DNA of 64,000 nt from an uncultured Clostridium sp. (GCA_930991035.1 CAKNRV010000001.1:58705-122704); one strand, 5' to 3'. Numbered from the stretch's first letter, positions 16,728 to 27,539 are shown. The notes: a model not told the origin generated them from the sequence alone. Translations and numbers: made by a program.

Positions 16728-18924
16728 TCATATACTTTTCAAATTCTCCTTTTGGAAGTGGTTTTGAATAATAATATCCTTGTATAACATCACAACCATT
16801 TTCTAGCAAGTATTCCCTTTGTTCTTTTGTTTCAACTCCTTCAGCAATTGTTGTAAGTTGTAAGTCTTTTGCTATGTTTAGTATATAATCTATAATGTTT
16901 TTTTCGCTTTTGCCTATTCTATCTACAAATGACTTATCTATTTTTAATATGTCTGCTGGCATATCTTGAATAGTGCTTAATGAAGAATATCCTGTTCCAA
17001 AATCGTCAATTGAAATTAAAAAGCCTAGTTTTTTCATTTTATTCATTACTTCAATTATGTCTATTCCCGCTTCCACAGTAGCACTTTCGGTTATTTCTAA
17101 ATCTATCTGATTTGGATTAACATCATATTTTGCTGCTATCATTCTGTATTTTTCTAAAAAGTGCTCATCCAAAAAATGCTCTCTTGAGACATTTACAGAA
17201 ACTATCAATTCTTTTCCATAAGTCTCTTTCCATCCTTTTATATCTGCACACACTTGCTCAAAGACATAAGCGTCTAACTTTAATATAAATTTATTTTTTT
17301 CGAACAATGGTATAAATTCATTTGGCGGAACTAAGTTTCCATTATGCTCCCATCTTACTAGTGCCTCTGCTCCATATAAAGTTTCTGTTTTTGTGTAAAG
17401 TTTTGGCTGGTAATATACTTTAAATTCCTTGTTTTCTAATGCTTTATGCATTTCGTTTTCAATTTTACTTTCTCTTTCAATTTTTCTTTCTATTTGTTTG
17501 TCATATATATAGAACTTATCAAAAACATCACCCTTTGATGCAGAATGTGCAATTATGGCTTTATCCATTACTTCTGAAATATCTTTATCCGCTTCTTCCA
17601 ATTTATATATACCTACGTTCACAGAAAGATTGTATACATTTCCATCTAATTTTAGATTTTCAATGCTTCTTACCATTTTATTTAATATTTTGTGAATATC
17701 TTCACTATATTCAAATAACATAACAAAATAGTCATTTGAGTATCTACAAATCAAGCTTTCTTTTCCCAATATTTTTTCTAACTCTTCTCCTATGCCACAA
17801 AGGATTGTGTCTCCTGTTTTATATCCATAAGCTTTATTTATCATTTTGAATTTATTTATATCTAATACAGCGACATACGTATTATCACTTTTCTCTTTAT
17901 CCAGTTTTTCTTGTCCTGCTTTTCTAAAATAATAAATATTACCTTTTTTAGTAATTGGATCTATATACGCATATTCAAATAATTGTTTTTGCTTTTTATT
18001 ATTTGCAAGTACAATATACACACAAATTGCAACAATAATTAGGATTACTATTATAGTTAATATAAATGTGGTAAGTAACGCGTTATTTATTTCTCCTGCA
18101 ATTGCTTTTGAAGGAATGAATGTAACTATTGCCCAATCATTTGCACCGATATCTTGATATACCATATAGTACTGCCCAGAAGAAGTTTGCATTGTTCTTG
18201 TACCTGATACTCCGTTTTTTATATTCTCTTCGATAGTATTTTTATTTTGCTTAAATCTTTCCTTTGAAGTTCCTACTAAATCTTGTTCTAAATTTTCTAT
18301 TAAATTACCTGATTCTTTATCAATATTTGCAGCAACAACAATATTTGCATTTTTGTCTACAATATAGCTAAATCCTCTTCCCTCAAATATCTTATTAGAA
18401 AAAATATCTTTGTACGAATCTGTTTTTACTATTAAAAGAATGGCTATTTTTTCTTGTTTTATTTCAATTGCTTGAGAATATATATTAATTTCTTCACCAT
18501 CTATTTTACTTATTCTGTTTTCTGAAATGTGAATTTCGTTATTCGAAAAAAAGTTATCCTTTTCATCTGAATAATCCACTTCATAACCATCATTTGTTAT
18601 TGTCTTTCCATCTTCATACATAATAGCCATTCTAATAAAATTGCTTGTTACATTACTTCTTTGATATTTATCGAAGATTTTATCTTCATCAACAATATTA
18701 TCTATCAAAATTTCATTCGTAATTTCTTGTAATACCGCCTTCTGCTCAGCAATTTCAGTTTTTAGACTATTTGCATCATTTTTTACAATAGTCTCTATAC
18801 TATTATTAGTATTAGCCTCTACTCTATCTAGCATATATGTCATATATGCTATTCCCACAACAATCAAAAATAAAAATATTAAAATAATTACAACAATTTG
18901 TTTTCTTCTTTGCTCCACCTGCAT
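16705..18924 (-). CDS. Membrane-bound sensor with a Cache-like periplasmic domain, a degenerate GGDEF domain and an intact EAL phosphodiesterase domain
   Basis: 739 aa with two TM segments flanking an extracytoplasmic domain. The GGDEF position reads RYSNDYFVMLF (SNDYF). EAL motifs EALVRW, ...EITES... and DDFGTGYSSL are present. Confidence 0.85.
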   Translation of the reverse strand: MQVEQRRKQIVVIILIFLFLIVVGIAYMTYMLDRVEANTNNSIETIVKNDANSLKTEIAEQKAVLQEITNEILIDNIVDEDKIFDKYQRSNVTSNFIRMAIMYEDGKTITNDGYEVDYSDEKDNFFSNNEIHISENRISKIDGEEINIYSQAIEIKQEKIAILLIVKTDSYKDIFSNKIFEGRGFSYIVDKNANIVVAANIDKESGNLIENLEQDLVGTSKERFKQNKNTIEENIKNGVSGTRTMQTSSGQYYMVYQDIGANDWAIVTFIPSKAIAGEINNALLTTFILTIIVILIIVAICVYIVLANNKKQKQLFEYAYIDPITKKGNIYYFRKAGQEKLDKEKSDNTYVAVLDINKFKMINKAYGYKTGDTILCGIGEELEKILGKESLICRYSNDYFVMLFEYSEDIHKILNKMVRSIENLKLDGNVYNLSVNVGIYKLEEADKDISEVMDKAIIAHSASKGDVFDKFYIYDKQIERKIERESKIENEMHKALENKEFKVYYQPKLYTKTETLYGAEALVRWEHNGNLVPPNEFIPLFEKNKFILKLDAYVFEQVCADIKGWKETYGKELIVSVNVSREHFLDEHFLEKYRMIAAKYDVNPNQIDLEITESATVEAGIDIIEVMNKMKKLGFLISIDDFGTGYSSLSTIQDMPADILKIDKSFVDRIGKSEKNIIDYILNIAKDLQLTTIAEGVETKEQREYLLENGCDVIQGYYYSKPLPKGEFEKYMKNERKVD

Positions 18925-18981
18925 TCTCCTCTATTTAAATTGAAATATGTATGTAATTCCACGTGAAGGATAAAACGGATT

Positions 18982-19830
18982 TTAAAAATCATTTAATAGT
19001 TTCATTTTTTCTTCCATATCTGCTTTTCCTGCATCATATAACTTTTGTAGCTTTTCCTTATCTTTTTCTAGTCTAGATACAGTTACCGGTTCCTTTGGCG
19101 CAATTACTATTATTCTTCCCTTTTTTTCTAATTCGTTAATATGTTCTTTTAAAGTGTTATATCTCTCTGGCATTGTACATAGTTTTTCAACTAACTTTGG
19201 ATATTTATGATATACTCTTTTATATAGACTCTTCATAGTTCTAGAAACTTCGGGTTTTCTGTAATTTCTATCTCTGGTAAGCACTACCAATATGTTCTTA
19301 TGTCCCTCTTTTATAGCCCAATCGACTGGTATTGGCATTGTAACTGCTCCATCTAAATAGTGGTTATTACCTATTTTTACCATTTTAGAACATAGTGGCA
19401 TACTAGATGACGCTTGTACAACTTTAAATACATCTTCTTTGCAATCACTTTTTTCTACATATTCTGTTACTCCCATTTCGCAATTAGTTATAACAGAAAT
19501 AAATTTTTGTTCTGAAAATTTAAAGGTCTCATAATCAAAAGGATACTTATTTTTAGATATATCATTGAACAGATAATTATATCCTATAAGTCCACCTTCT
19601 TTTTTCAAGGCCTTCAGCCCTATGTATTTCGGGTCGTCACAGTATTCTAGATTTAGTTTAGCACTTCTTCCTATTTGTTTTGAAACATAATTCATTCCAG
19701 TCAGAGCTCCAGCAGAGACACCAAGTATATAATTTGCTTCTATATTATATTTCATTAGTACATCCAAAACGCCTGATGTATATAGGCTTCTTAGAGCTCC
19801 TCCTTCTAGTATTAAAGTTAAATCTTCCAT
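18982..19830 (-). CDS. Patatin-like phospholipase
   Basis: Oxyanion motif EGGALRS, nucleophile elbow GVSAGA (GxSxG) and a later DGA dyad. The start at 19830 (MEDLTL..) is preferred because of the AAGGAG upstream. Confidence 0.85.
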   Translation of the reverse strand: MEDLTLILEGGALRSLYTSGVLDVLMKYNIEANYILGVSAGALTGMNYVSKQIGRSAKLNLEYCDDPKYIGLKALKKEGGLIGYNYLFNDISKNKYPFDYETFKFSEQKFISVITNCEMGVTEYVEKSDCKEDVFKVVQASSSMPLCSKMVKIGNNHYLDGAVTMPIPVDWAIKEGHKNILVVLTRDRNYRKPEVSRTMKSLYKRVYHKYPKLVEKLCTMPERYNTLKEHINELEKKGRIIVIAPKEPVTVSRLEKDKEKLQKLYDAGKADMEEKMKLLNDF

Positions 19831-19927
19831 TGCAATTTTTCTCCTTTCTCCAAAGAACAAATCGACATATTCTAATCCCTTTTTTCTTTCTCTGTCATTA
19901 TATTAAAATTCCTTTCGTATTTGTAAT

Positions 19928-20920
19928 TTAATCTTTATAACTGGTCTTATTTTTAGTAATTTTACTCTTTATTAGTTTTATAAAAACCACAATTGAAATT
20001 ATTACGCAAACACAAATTACCGCTATTATGCCTACATTTATATTCTCTATTGTTTCATAATTTTCTTCTTTTATTATATTTTCTTGAATTTCATTTAATA
20101 TTTGTTCATTCTGTCCATTCTCTATTGAATTTGAAATATCCTCTTCAATAGAATCAGTTTCAGGTTTTTCGGTTGAAGTTCCATTTGTAGTTTCAGAATT
20201 TATAACTTCAGAATCCAAAACACTATCTGTTATATTCGATTCTGCTTCTGATGTATTTTGCGTTTCGTCATTTGTTCCTAGCGTCCCTTGTTCTATTCCA
20301 CTACTACCCAAATCCGCATTAGGCATAAGCATATTTTTTTGATACAATCTATTTGCTGTAAATAATATAGCTCCTATCAATACTAAAGATATATTTCCTA
20401 TTAATATTTTTAAAGTATGAATAGAAGTATAATACTTCCACTGAACTGTACCAATCGGCATTTTTAGCAATTTAGAAATATCTTTAAATGTCATTCCAGA
20501 AATTATTTTTAGAGAAACAATTTCTCTTTCTTTCTCTCCAAGCCTTTTTATTATCTTATTGTATGTATCTTTATTAATTATATCCTCAAAATCTTTATCT
20601 TCTGCTGGCAATTCTTCTAGCGTTTCTACACTAATATGATTTTTATGTTTTAATATAAAGTTTATAGACTCATTTTGGGTTAGAGTATATAACCAGCTTG
20701 CTTCATTACTACTTGGCAAATTTTCTTTTTTCATTTGGAAAATTTTAGTGAACACAGTTTGCACAACATCTTCGCTATTTTCTTTGTTTTTTAAAATAGA
20801 AAAAGCCACACCATAAATTACCTTATTATATTTTGAATATAGTTCATTAAATCCTTCATTTCTATTTTCTTTAAGTTTATTAAATATATCACTCAATTCT
20901 TTTTTATTGATATTACTCAT
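19928..20920 (-). CDS. ECF-type sigma-70 family factor fused to a C-terminal transmembrane and Ser/Thr/Asn/Glu-rich extension (membrane-tethered sigma)
   Basis: Region 2 (DVVQTVFTKIF) and the region 4 HTH (EREIVSLKIISGMTFKDISKLLKMPIGTVQWKY) are followed by a TM helix (ILIGNISLVLIGAILFTA), a low-complexity segment and a second TM helix (VGIIAVICVCVIISIVVFIKLI). Confidence 0.7.
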   Translation of the reverse strand: MSNINKKELSDIFNKLKENRNEGFNELYSKYNKVIYGVAFSILKNKENSEDVVQTVFTKIFQMKKENLPSSNEASWLYTLTQNESINFILKHKNHISVETLEELPAEDKDFEDIINKDTYNKIIKRLGEKEREIVSLKIISGMTFKDISKLLKMPIGTVQWKYYTSIHTLKILIGNISLVLIGAILFTANRLYQKNMLMPNADLGSSGIEQGTLGTNDETQNTSEAESNITDSVLDSEVINSETTNGTSTEKPETDSIEEDISNSIENGQNEQILNEIQENIIKEENYETIENINVGIIAVICVCVIISIVVFIKLIKSKITKNKTSYKD

Positions 20921-21045
20921 ATAACCACCATTTAACTGTTTCTAATTTAATTCTTCTAATTCAGTTTCTATAATACTATATCACAAAAAAATAAAATACT
21001 CCATACTTTTAGTATGAAGTATTTTATTTTTTTGGATAATTAGTT

Positions 21046-22593
21046 TTATTTAGCATAATCTACTACTCTAGTTTCTCTAACTATATTAACCTTTATTTGA
21101 CCAGGGTATTCCATTTCATTTTCAACTTTTTTAGCAACATCTCTTGCTAACAATACCATTTGGTCGTCTGATATCTTTTCTGGTTTAACAATAATTCTAA
21201 TTTCTCTACCAGCTTGTATTGCAAAAGATTTTTCAACACCATCAAATGAGTCTGCAATATTTTCAAGTGATTCCAGTCTCTTTATGTATGTTTCCAAAGT
21301 TTCTCTTCTTGCTCCAGGTCTTGATGCTGAAATTGCATCAGCTGCTTGTACTAAAACAGCTTCTATTGTTTGTGGTTCCACATCTCCGTGATGTGCTTGT
21401 ACAGCATTTATAACTTTTTCATTTTCTTTATATTTCTTTAATATTTCAACACCAATTTCAACGTGTGTTCCTTCCATATCGTGGTCTAAAGCTTTTCCGA
21501 TGTCATGTAATAGTCCAGCACGTCTTGCAAGTTTTGGATCTAATCCAAGCTCTTCTGCCATAATTCTAGCCAAGTTAGAAACTTCTATTGAATGATTTAA
21601 AACATTCTGTCCATAACTTGTTCTATATCTAAGCTTTCCAAGTAATTTTACTAAATCTGGATGTAAACCTACAACACCAGTTTCTATAACAGCTCTTTCT
21701 CCTTCTTCTTTTATGGTATTTTCAACCTCTTCTTTGGCTTTTTCTACCATTTCCTCAATTTTTGATGGATGGATTCTTCCATCTTCAATTAATTTTTCAA
21801 GAGCTATTTTTGCCACTTCTCTTCTTAGTGGGTCAAATCCTGATATTACAACAGCCTCTGGTGTATCGTCTATTATTAGGTCTATTCCTGTTAAAGTTTC
21901 TAAGGCTTTTATATTTCTACCTTCTCTTCCTATAATTCTACCTTTCATATCATCATTTGGAAGTGAAACGATTGAAACTGTTGTTTCTGATGTATGGTCA
22001 GCTGCACATTTTTGTATAGCATAACCAATAATTTCTCTTGCACTTTTGATTGCCTCTTCTTTTGTCTTGTTTTCATAGTCTTTAACTAATGCCGCTTTTT
22101 CAGCAGTCATAGTTTTTTCTAATTCAGAAAGTAATTGTTTTTTAGCATCTTCTGAAGACAAACCTGAAATTCTTTGTAATTCAGCCATTTGTTTATTAGC
22201 TATTTCTTTCAAGCTTTCTTTTTGATGTTCTAGTTCTTCTTCTTTTTTAGCTAAATCTTTTTCCTTTCTGTCAGCCATTTCTAGCTTTCTTTCTAAATTT
22301 TCTTCTTTTTGGATTAATCTTCTTTCCTGTCCTTGGACTTCGCCTCTTCTTTCTCTAATCTCTTCATCTAAATCCTTTCTAGCATTCAAAATTTCTTCTT
22401 TAGCTTTGAAAATTTCTTCTTTTCTAGTATTTTCAGCTTCTTTTTTTGCCCTTGCTAATATATCTTCAGCCTCGTTTTCGGCATTTTTTAATTTAGATTC
22501 AGCAATTTTTTTTCTTACGAAAATTCCTACAAATGTAAAAACAACTGCTGTGATTAGAAATATGGCGATATTGATTACTATGTCCATAATCAT
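21046..22593 (-). CDS. rny: Ribonuclease Y
   Basis: 515 aa with an N-terminal TM helix, a long coiled coil, a KH domain and an HD domain (LLHDIGKA). Confidence 0.93.
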   Translation of the reverse strand: MIMDIVINIAIFLITAVVFTFVGIFVRKKIAESKLKNAENEAEDILARAKKEAENTRKEEIFKAKEEILNARKDLDEEIRERRGEVQGQERRLIQKEENLERKLEMADRKEKDLAKKEEELEHQKESLKEIANKQMAELQRISGLSSEDAKKQLLSELEKTMTAEKAALVKDYENKTKEEAIKSAREIIGYAIQKCAADHTSETTVSIVSLPNDDMKGRIIGREGRNIKALETLTGIDLIIDDTPEAVVISGFDPLRREVAKIALEKLIEDGRIHPSKIEEMVEKAKEEVENTIKEEGERAVIETGVVGLHPDLVKLLGKLRYRTSYGQNVLNHSIEVSNLARIMAEELGLDPKLARRAGLLHDIGKALDHDMEGTHVEIGVEILKKYKENEKVINAVQAHHGDVEPQTIEAVLVQAADAISASRPGARRETLETYIKRLESLENIADSFDGVEKSFAIQAGREIRIIVKPEKISDDQMVLLARDVAKKVENEMEYPGQIKVNIVRETRVVDYAK

Positions 22594-22773
22594 TACCCCT
22601 CTTTCTATATTAAATTTTCAATGTACAATAAATATATCTATATTTAAATATATTTTTTCCCACATATATATTTTATATGTTATTGTGGGTGACTGTCAAG
22701 TATTTTCGAAAAAAAGACAAAAAAACGCAACAAGATCACAATCAGATATGCGACCTTACTGCGTTTTTTCACC

Positions 22774-23655
22774 CTAAGCTCTTGGATGAGTCTTTTTATA
22801 AATCTCTTTTAATCCTTCGTCTTGGAATTGAGCATATACTTGTGTTGAAGATATGTCAGAATGTCCAAGCATTGTTTGTATTGCTTTTAAGTCTGCTCCA
22901 TTTTGTAACAAATGTGTTGCAAATGAATGTCTTAAAATATGTGGTGTTATGTCTTTTTGAATATGTGCTTGTTCTTTATAAAATTTAACTATTTTCCAAA
23001 AACCTTGTCTTGTTAATCTTTTTCCATTTACGTTAACGAAAAGTGATGTTTCGTTTTCGTCCTTAATCATTATTGGTCTAGCTTCTTCTATGTATTCTTT
23101 AAGGGCTGCAATTGAAATAGATCCTAAAGGTATATTTCTTTGTTTGTTCTCTGCTTTGCAAGAAATAAATCCTTCTTCTAAGTTTACATCTTCTACATTT
23201 AAAGATATTATTTCTGTTACTCTCATTCCTGTTGCATAAGCAACTTCTAGCATTGCTTTGTCTCTAGTTCCTTTTAAGTCTACATCCTTTGGTTGACTTA
23301 ATAGTTTTTCTACTTCTTCTGCTGTTAGTACACTTGGAACTCTTTTTTCTACTTTTGGTGATTGGATATTTTCTGTTGGGTCGTGTTTTATTTTCTTTAC
23401 TCTAATTAGATATTGATAAAAAGATCTAATAGATGCTAAATTTCTTGATATTGTTGATGTTTTTTTCTTTAAGTTTTGTAAATGCTTTAAATATTCGTTG
23501 ATTTTTTTATTATCTACTTTGACATAATTAATATGATTTTGGCTCAAGTAATTCTCAAATTGGTGAATATCTCTACTATATGATTGTAGTGTATTATTTG
23601 ATACTCTTTTTTCGTTTTGTAAAAAATCCAAAAATTGTTTAATTTGTTTTTCCAT
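22774..23655 (-). CDS. xerD: Tyrosine recombinase XerD (chromosome dimer resolution)
   Basis: 293 aa with ...ATGMRVTE..., HILRHSFATHLLQNGADLKAIQTMLGHSDISSTQVY (R-H-R-H/Y catalytic set). Confidence 0.85.
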   Translation of the reverse strand: MEKQIKQFLDFLQNEKRVSNNTLQSYSRDIHQFENYLSQNHINYVKVDNKKINEYLKHLQNLKKKTSTISRNLASIRSFYQYLIRVKKIKHDPTENIQSPKVEKRVPSVLTAEEVEKLLSQPKDVDLKGTRDKAMLEVAYATGMRVTEIISLNVEDVNLEEGFISCKAENKQRNIPLGSISIAALKEYIEEARPIMIKDENETSLFVNVNGKRLTRQGFWKIVKFYKEQAHIQKDITPHILRHSFATHLLQNGADLKAIQTMLGHSDISSTQVYAQFQDEGLKEIYKKTHPRA

Positions 23656-23762
23656 TTTTGTCTACCCCTTCTTCTTTATTAATATCTAATTTTACAATTT
23701 ACATAAATATATATATGTTATATCATATTTACCGTCAAATTGCAAATACTTTTTACAAATTT

Positions 23763-24428
23763 TTATAGTATTTTTACAGTTAACATAATTATTTCTGATG
23801 ATATATATGTTTCGATAAGCGACGAAACAATTAGAGCCAAAAATAAAATTATTGATATTATTGTATGTCTAATTATTTCTATTTTTATGTTTTCTCTTCT
23901 TTTGTCTTTCATAATAGATTTATATAATTTTATGCAACTTACTGCCATACATAGTATCACTGGTATAAATATCAAATTTTGCAACAATACCGCTGACAGT
24001 GTAAGTAATATTCCATTTTGGACACCCATTGTGCCTATAATTGCAGAAACCGTGTACCCTAGGCAAAAACCTCTAAATAAAACTATTCCTAATATTATTG
24101 GTATGCCTATTACTGTTGACCCAATAAACCACATAGTCACAATGAGTATTAAATTGTCCCCTAGCGATTTTTTTAAAAGCGCTGTTTTATCAATAGCGTT
24201 TCCTTCTTTTAGAGTGTTTACAAAACCATTTATATAGCCTTGTATTTCTGTTATCTGCTCTGAGTTTATATTATTAATAAATAGTATTCCTGCCACAATT
24301 CCTATTATGAGTATAATTACTACAATAATATAAAATTTTAGGTTATCAAGAATATGGTTTAGCAATACCTCTCTAAAATTTCTTTTTCTTCTTTTATGTA
24401 TCTCTCTCATTTTTCTTCTCCTAGACAA
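23763..24428 (-). CDS. spoIIM: Stage II sporulation protein M-like membrane protein
   Basis: 221 aa multi-pass membrane protein next to xerD, as in Clostridia. The sequence resembles SpoIIM. The exact start is uncertain. Confidence 0.6.
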   Translation of the reverse strand: MSRRRKMREIHKRRKRNFREVLLNHILDNLKFYIIVVIILIIGIVAGILFINNINSEQITEIQGYINGFVNTLKEGNAIDKTALLKKSLGDNLILIVTMWFIGSTVIGIPIILGIVLFRGFCLGYTVSAIIGTMGVQNGILLTLSAVLLQNLIFIPVILCMAVSCIKLYKSIMKDKRRENIKIEIIRHTIISIILFLALIVSSLIETYISSEIIMLTVKIL

Positions 24429-24547
24429 AAATTATTTATACATAATGTCTATTCAATAAAATGAGATTTAGAACTAGTTGTTGTTATTATAGTTTTTTCT
24501 AAAAGCAAAGCAATATAACTATAAATTATAACAACTAGTTACGAATC

Positions 24548-25741
24548 TTAGCAAGCAGTTAGTTTGCCGTAAACTCCTCCACCGCCAGAATGTATTTTTA
24601 CATTACCTGTTCTTGCATCAATAATAGATTTTGCAATTTTTTCTCCAACCACTGCTTCAATATCATCTTCTGAAAGTTTATGAAGTATATTCATTTCTGT
24701 TTCAAAATTACTTAACAATTTATCTATTGTTTTTCCACCAAGCCCTGGCATAAATGTTAAAGGAATCTGGTACACATATGGTGGTCTAAAATCTGGACTT
24801 TTTGTAGTCTGTTTGTCCTTTATAATTTCTATTCTGTCTAAAACTCCCATAGTTATTTTACTACTATCACAATCTGGACAACGTGTTACCGGAGGTTCAC
24901 CTTCAATTGGCTTTCCACATTTTTCGCAAAATGTTCTATGATATTTTCCTAGTTTTGGGTCAAGCCCATAATTTGCAATAATCTTTCTTCCATCTTCATT
25001 TTTTAGAGCTTTTAAAACTTCTTTAAAACTAATTCCATCTAGTAACATTTTGTTATATTCTCTTGCAATCTTAGGTAAAGAATGTGCATCAGAATTTGTT
25101 ACAAATGTACGTGTTTCTAACTCAGATATTTCGTCTGCTAAATATGTATCACTACTTAATCCTAATTCTATCGCGAAAATTTTATCAAATTTTTCTTTAA
25201 ATATTTTACTTAATCTATCTGTACAGTTACCATAGAAACTTTTGTGAGGTGTAAAAGCGTGTGCTGGTATTAACACTCCATTATATTTTTCTACAATATC
25301 TACCAAGTAATATGCAGAAATATCTGCTCTTTGAGAACTTAGAGTTATATTATGAATATGTTGTTCCATCTCTTTAGAAAAAGCTTTTATGTCTTTTAAA
25401 CTAGGGAAATAACATAGGTTATGTGCACTACCAGTTTTCCCTTCGTCATTTACTTCTGATGTTTCTATTTCGCTTCCTAATATGATGCAAACTTTATCTT
25501 TATATATAATTCCTCCATCTTCAATCTCATATGCCTCTCCTGTTTGCAAAAATCTTTCAATATCTTCTATTACATAAGGTGAAGCACAATCTATTATTCC
25601 AACTATGTTTATTCCTTTTCTATCCGCACACTCTTTGGCTATATTTGCAAAGTTTAGTGACCTTGCAGCTGTGATTTTTATTGGTTTTCCATTTTCACTT
25701 CTTCCTATGTGTACGTGTAAATCTGCAAATATTTCGTTCAT
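24548..25741 (-). CDS. PHP-domain protein of the TIGR00375 / endonuclease Q-like family
   Basis: N-terminal ADLHVHIG metal-binding motif and a C-terminal Cys cluster (CEKCGKP...CPDCDS). Assigned from memory of the family, not by search. Confidence 0.55.
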   Translation of the reverse strand: MNEIFADLHVHIGRSENGKPIKITAARSLNFANIAKECADRKGINIVGIIDCASPYVIEDIERFLQTGEAYEIEDGGIIYKDKVCIILGSEIETSEVNDEGKTGSAHNLCYFPSLKDIKAFSKEMEQHIHNITLSSQRADISAYYLVDIVEKYNGVLIPAHAFTPHKSFYGNCTDRLSKIFKEKFDKIFAIELGLSSDTYLADEISELETRTFVTNSDAHSLPKIAREYNKMLLDGISFKEVLKALKNEDGRKIIANYGLDPKLGKYHRTFCEKCGKPIEGEPPVTRCPDCDSSKITMGVLDRIEIIKDKQTTKSPDFRPPYVYQIPLTFMPGLGGKTIDKLLSNFETEMNILHKLSEDDIEAVVGEKIAKSIIDARTGNVKIHSGGGGVYGKLTAC

Positions 25742-25760
25742 TTTTTCTTCCTTTCTTGCT

Positions 25761-25883
25761 TGTTTGAAAAATAATTGTTTTTGACGTTGTTGCTCTCGTT
25801 AGAAATGCATTCAACGTACACAAAGTACGCCTCATACATTTCTAACTCGTGCGCCTAGTCAAAAATCAATTCTTTTTCAAACA
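25761..25883. repeat. About 120-bp long imperfect palindrome immediately upstream of the endonuclease Q-like gene
   Basis: Arms are tgtttgaaaaataattgtttttgac...gttagaaatgcat and atacatttctaac...gtcaaaaatcaattctttttcaaaca. The centre is gtacacaaagtac (25816-25828). Confidence 0.7.
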
Positions 25884-25992
25884 GTGTAATATTTTTTAAT
25901 TTTCCTCGCCAACATTTATACTCTTGAAAATCAAAACAAAAGACTGGTAGCCTATATCTTTTCCAATCTTTTGTTCAAAATATTTTTATTCA

Positions 25993-26211
25993 TTATCTCA
26001 TTATGTCATCTTCAATATCCTTAGCTAGCTGCTTAGAATCGATTTCTTGTGCTGGCTTCTTTTCTTGTTCTTGTCTAGCCATTTCTGCCTTTCTATCCAT
26101 CGTTTTTCTATATGATATACTTGCTAGTTTCATACCTTCTTTTGTATCATTTTTGTCTATTCTATTATACTCTTGAGATGCTTCTGTAATTGCTCCTGTT
26201 AAACCATTCAT
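25993..26211 (-). CDS. Hypothetical 72-aa hydrophilic protein
   Basis: ORF overlapping the upstream gene stop by 4 nt (coupled). No motif recognised. Confidence 0.45.
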   Translation of the reverse strand: MNGLTGAITEASQEYNRIDKNDTKEGMKLASISYRKTMDRKAEMARQEQEKKPAQEIDSKQLAKDIEDDIMR

Positions 26212-26753
26212 ACTTTTATTTCCTCCATACTATTTACAAAATCCTTAAATTCCTCTAAGTATCTATTGTTCTTGTCTTTTAAATTTCTATATTCCAAAAG
26301 AACCAATGCTTCATCTGGTTTAAAAGCAATTCTCTCTGGTCTATCTAAAAGCATTCCTCCAAATTGATCTGCTAACTCTAAAATGTCACTTTCTTTTTCT
26401 CTAGGTTCTAAACCGCTATATCTATTTGCGCCTTCGCAAATTCTACAAAATCTTTCACTAAATCCAAGTTTTGATAAAAATTCTGCTCCGTCCTTTGCAT
26501 AAGATTTTATTTTGTCCAAGTCTTTGTTAGTAGTTTCTTTTTTGCAACTCCAAAGCAAACTAGCTGTAATAACTTCGTTCTTGTCCACACCTAAGTCAAA
26601 ATTATCAATAAATAACTTTGTAAGTAAGGTCTTAAATATAACTGAATTATCATAAAATATTCCAGTTCTTTTTCTTAAATAAAATACAATTTCCATCTTT
26701 CGTATCCAATCTTTTTCAGAAAGGATATATTCGGCGAAGTTTTCCGCAGCCAT
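26208..26753 (-). CDS. Hypothetical 181-aa protein
   Basis: ORF with a plausible start, co-oriented with its neighbours. No motif recognised with confidence. Confidence 0.5.
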   Translation of the reverse strand: MAAENFAEYILSEKDWIRKMEIVFYLRKRTGIFYDNSVIFKTLLTKLFIDNFDLGVDKNEVITASLLWSCKKETTNKDLDKIKSYAKDGAEFLSKLGFSERFCRICEGANRYSGLEPREKESDILELADQFGGMLLDRPERIAFKPDEALVLLEYRNLKDKNNRYLEEFKDFVNSMEEIKV

Positions 26754-26931
26754 TTATATCATTCCTTCCTCAAGGATTTATCCTAATTCCACCCATATTA
26801 TATGATAAGTAAACTCTATTTTCAACATTGTTACGTAAATGTAATATTTCTGTAATATGTTTGTAATATATGCTCTATTAAAATTCCGTTCCATCTTGCT
26901 GGAACTAGTTTAGAATAATAACTTTTTACAA

Positions 26932-27504
26932 TCATTCTGCATAAATCTTTAAATACATCTGATAATCTCTTAGTATTTTTCTAACATAATTTTCTGTTTC
27001 TTGATATGGTATATTTTCTATGTCTGAACCATCGGATTTTATTATTCCGTCATTTATCCATTCTTGTACATTCCCCAATCCTGCATTATATGCAGTAAGG
27101 GCAAGAACTATATTTCCATTATATAATCCCAATAAATACGCAAAATATGATGTTCCTAATCGTATATTGGTTTCTGGGTCATATAAGTCGTACGCTTCAA
27201 TAGAGCTATCGTCTATAATATTTGACCTTTCCACAGCTGTTTCCTCCATTAATTGCATTAAGCCTCTAGCATCACTTGCGGATGTTACTGACGGGTCAAA
27301 ATTGCTTTCTGCTTTTATTATTGCGTATACCAAATACTTGTCTAAATTGTTTTCCTCCGAATATTTTTCTACATATTCTGAATATTCTGTTGGATATATT
27401 TTTTGCATTATTAGTTTTGGTACATCAAAAACTTTAAACGCAAAAAAATATATCGCTAATATTATTATCAGTAAAATCAAAATTATGATTACTTTTTTTG
27501 TCAT
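26932..27504 (-). CDS. Lytic transglycosylase (SLT domain), membrane-anchored
   Basis: N-terminal TM helix and SLT motifs AIIKAESNFDP...GLMQLM...AYNAG. Confidence 0.85.
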   Translation of the reverse strand: MTKKVIIILILLIIILAIYFFAFKVFDVPKLIMQKIYPTEYSEYVEKYSEENNLDKYLVYAIIKAESNFDPSVTSASDARGLMQLMEETAVERSNIIDDSSIEAYDLYDPETNIRLGTSYFAYLLGLYNGNIVLALTAYNAGLGNVQEWINDGIIKSDGSDIENIPYQETENYVRKILRDYQMYLKIYAE

Positions 27505-27539
27505 TTGAATTCTCCTTTAAGTTAAATTGTATAGCTTTT

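Noticed and set aside
22406-22988. Plus-strand ORFs 22406..22777 and 22677..22988 spanning the rny-xerD spacer
   Set aside because: They overlap the 5' end of rny and the 3' end of xerD in antisense and have no RBS or motifs. The spacer more likely holds the rny promoter.
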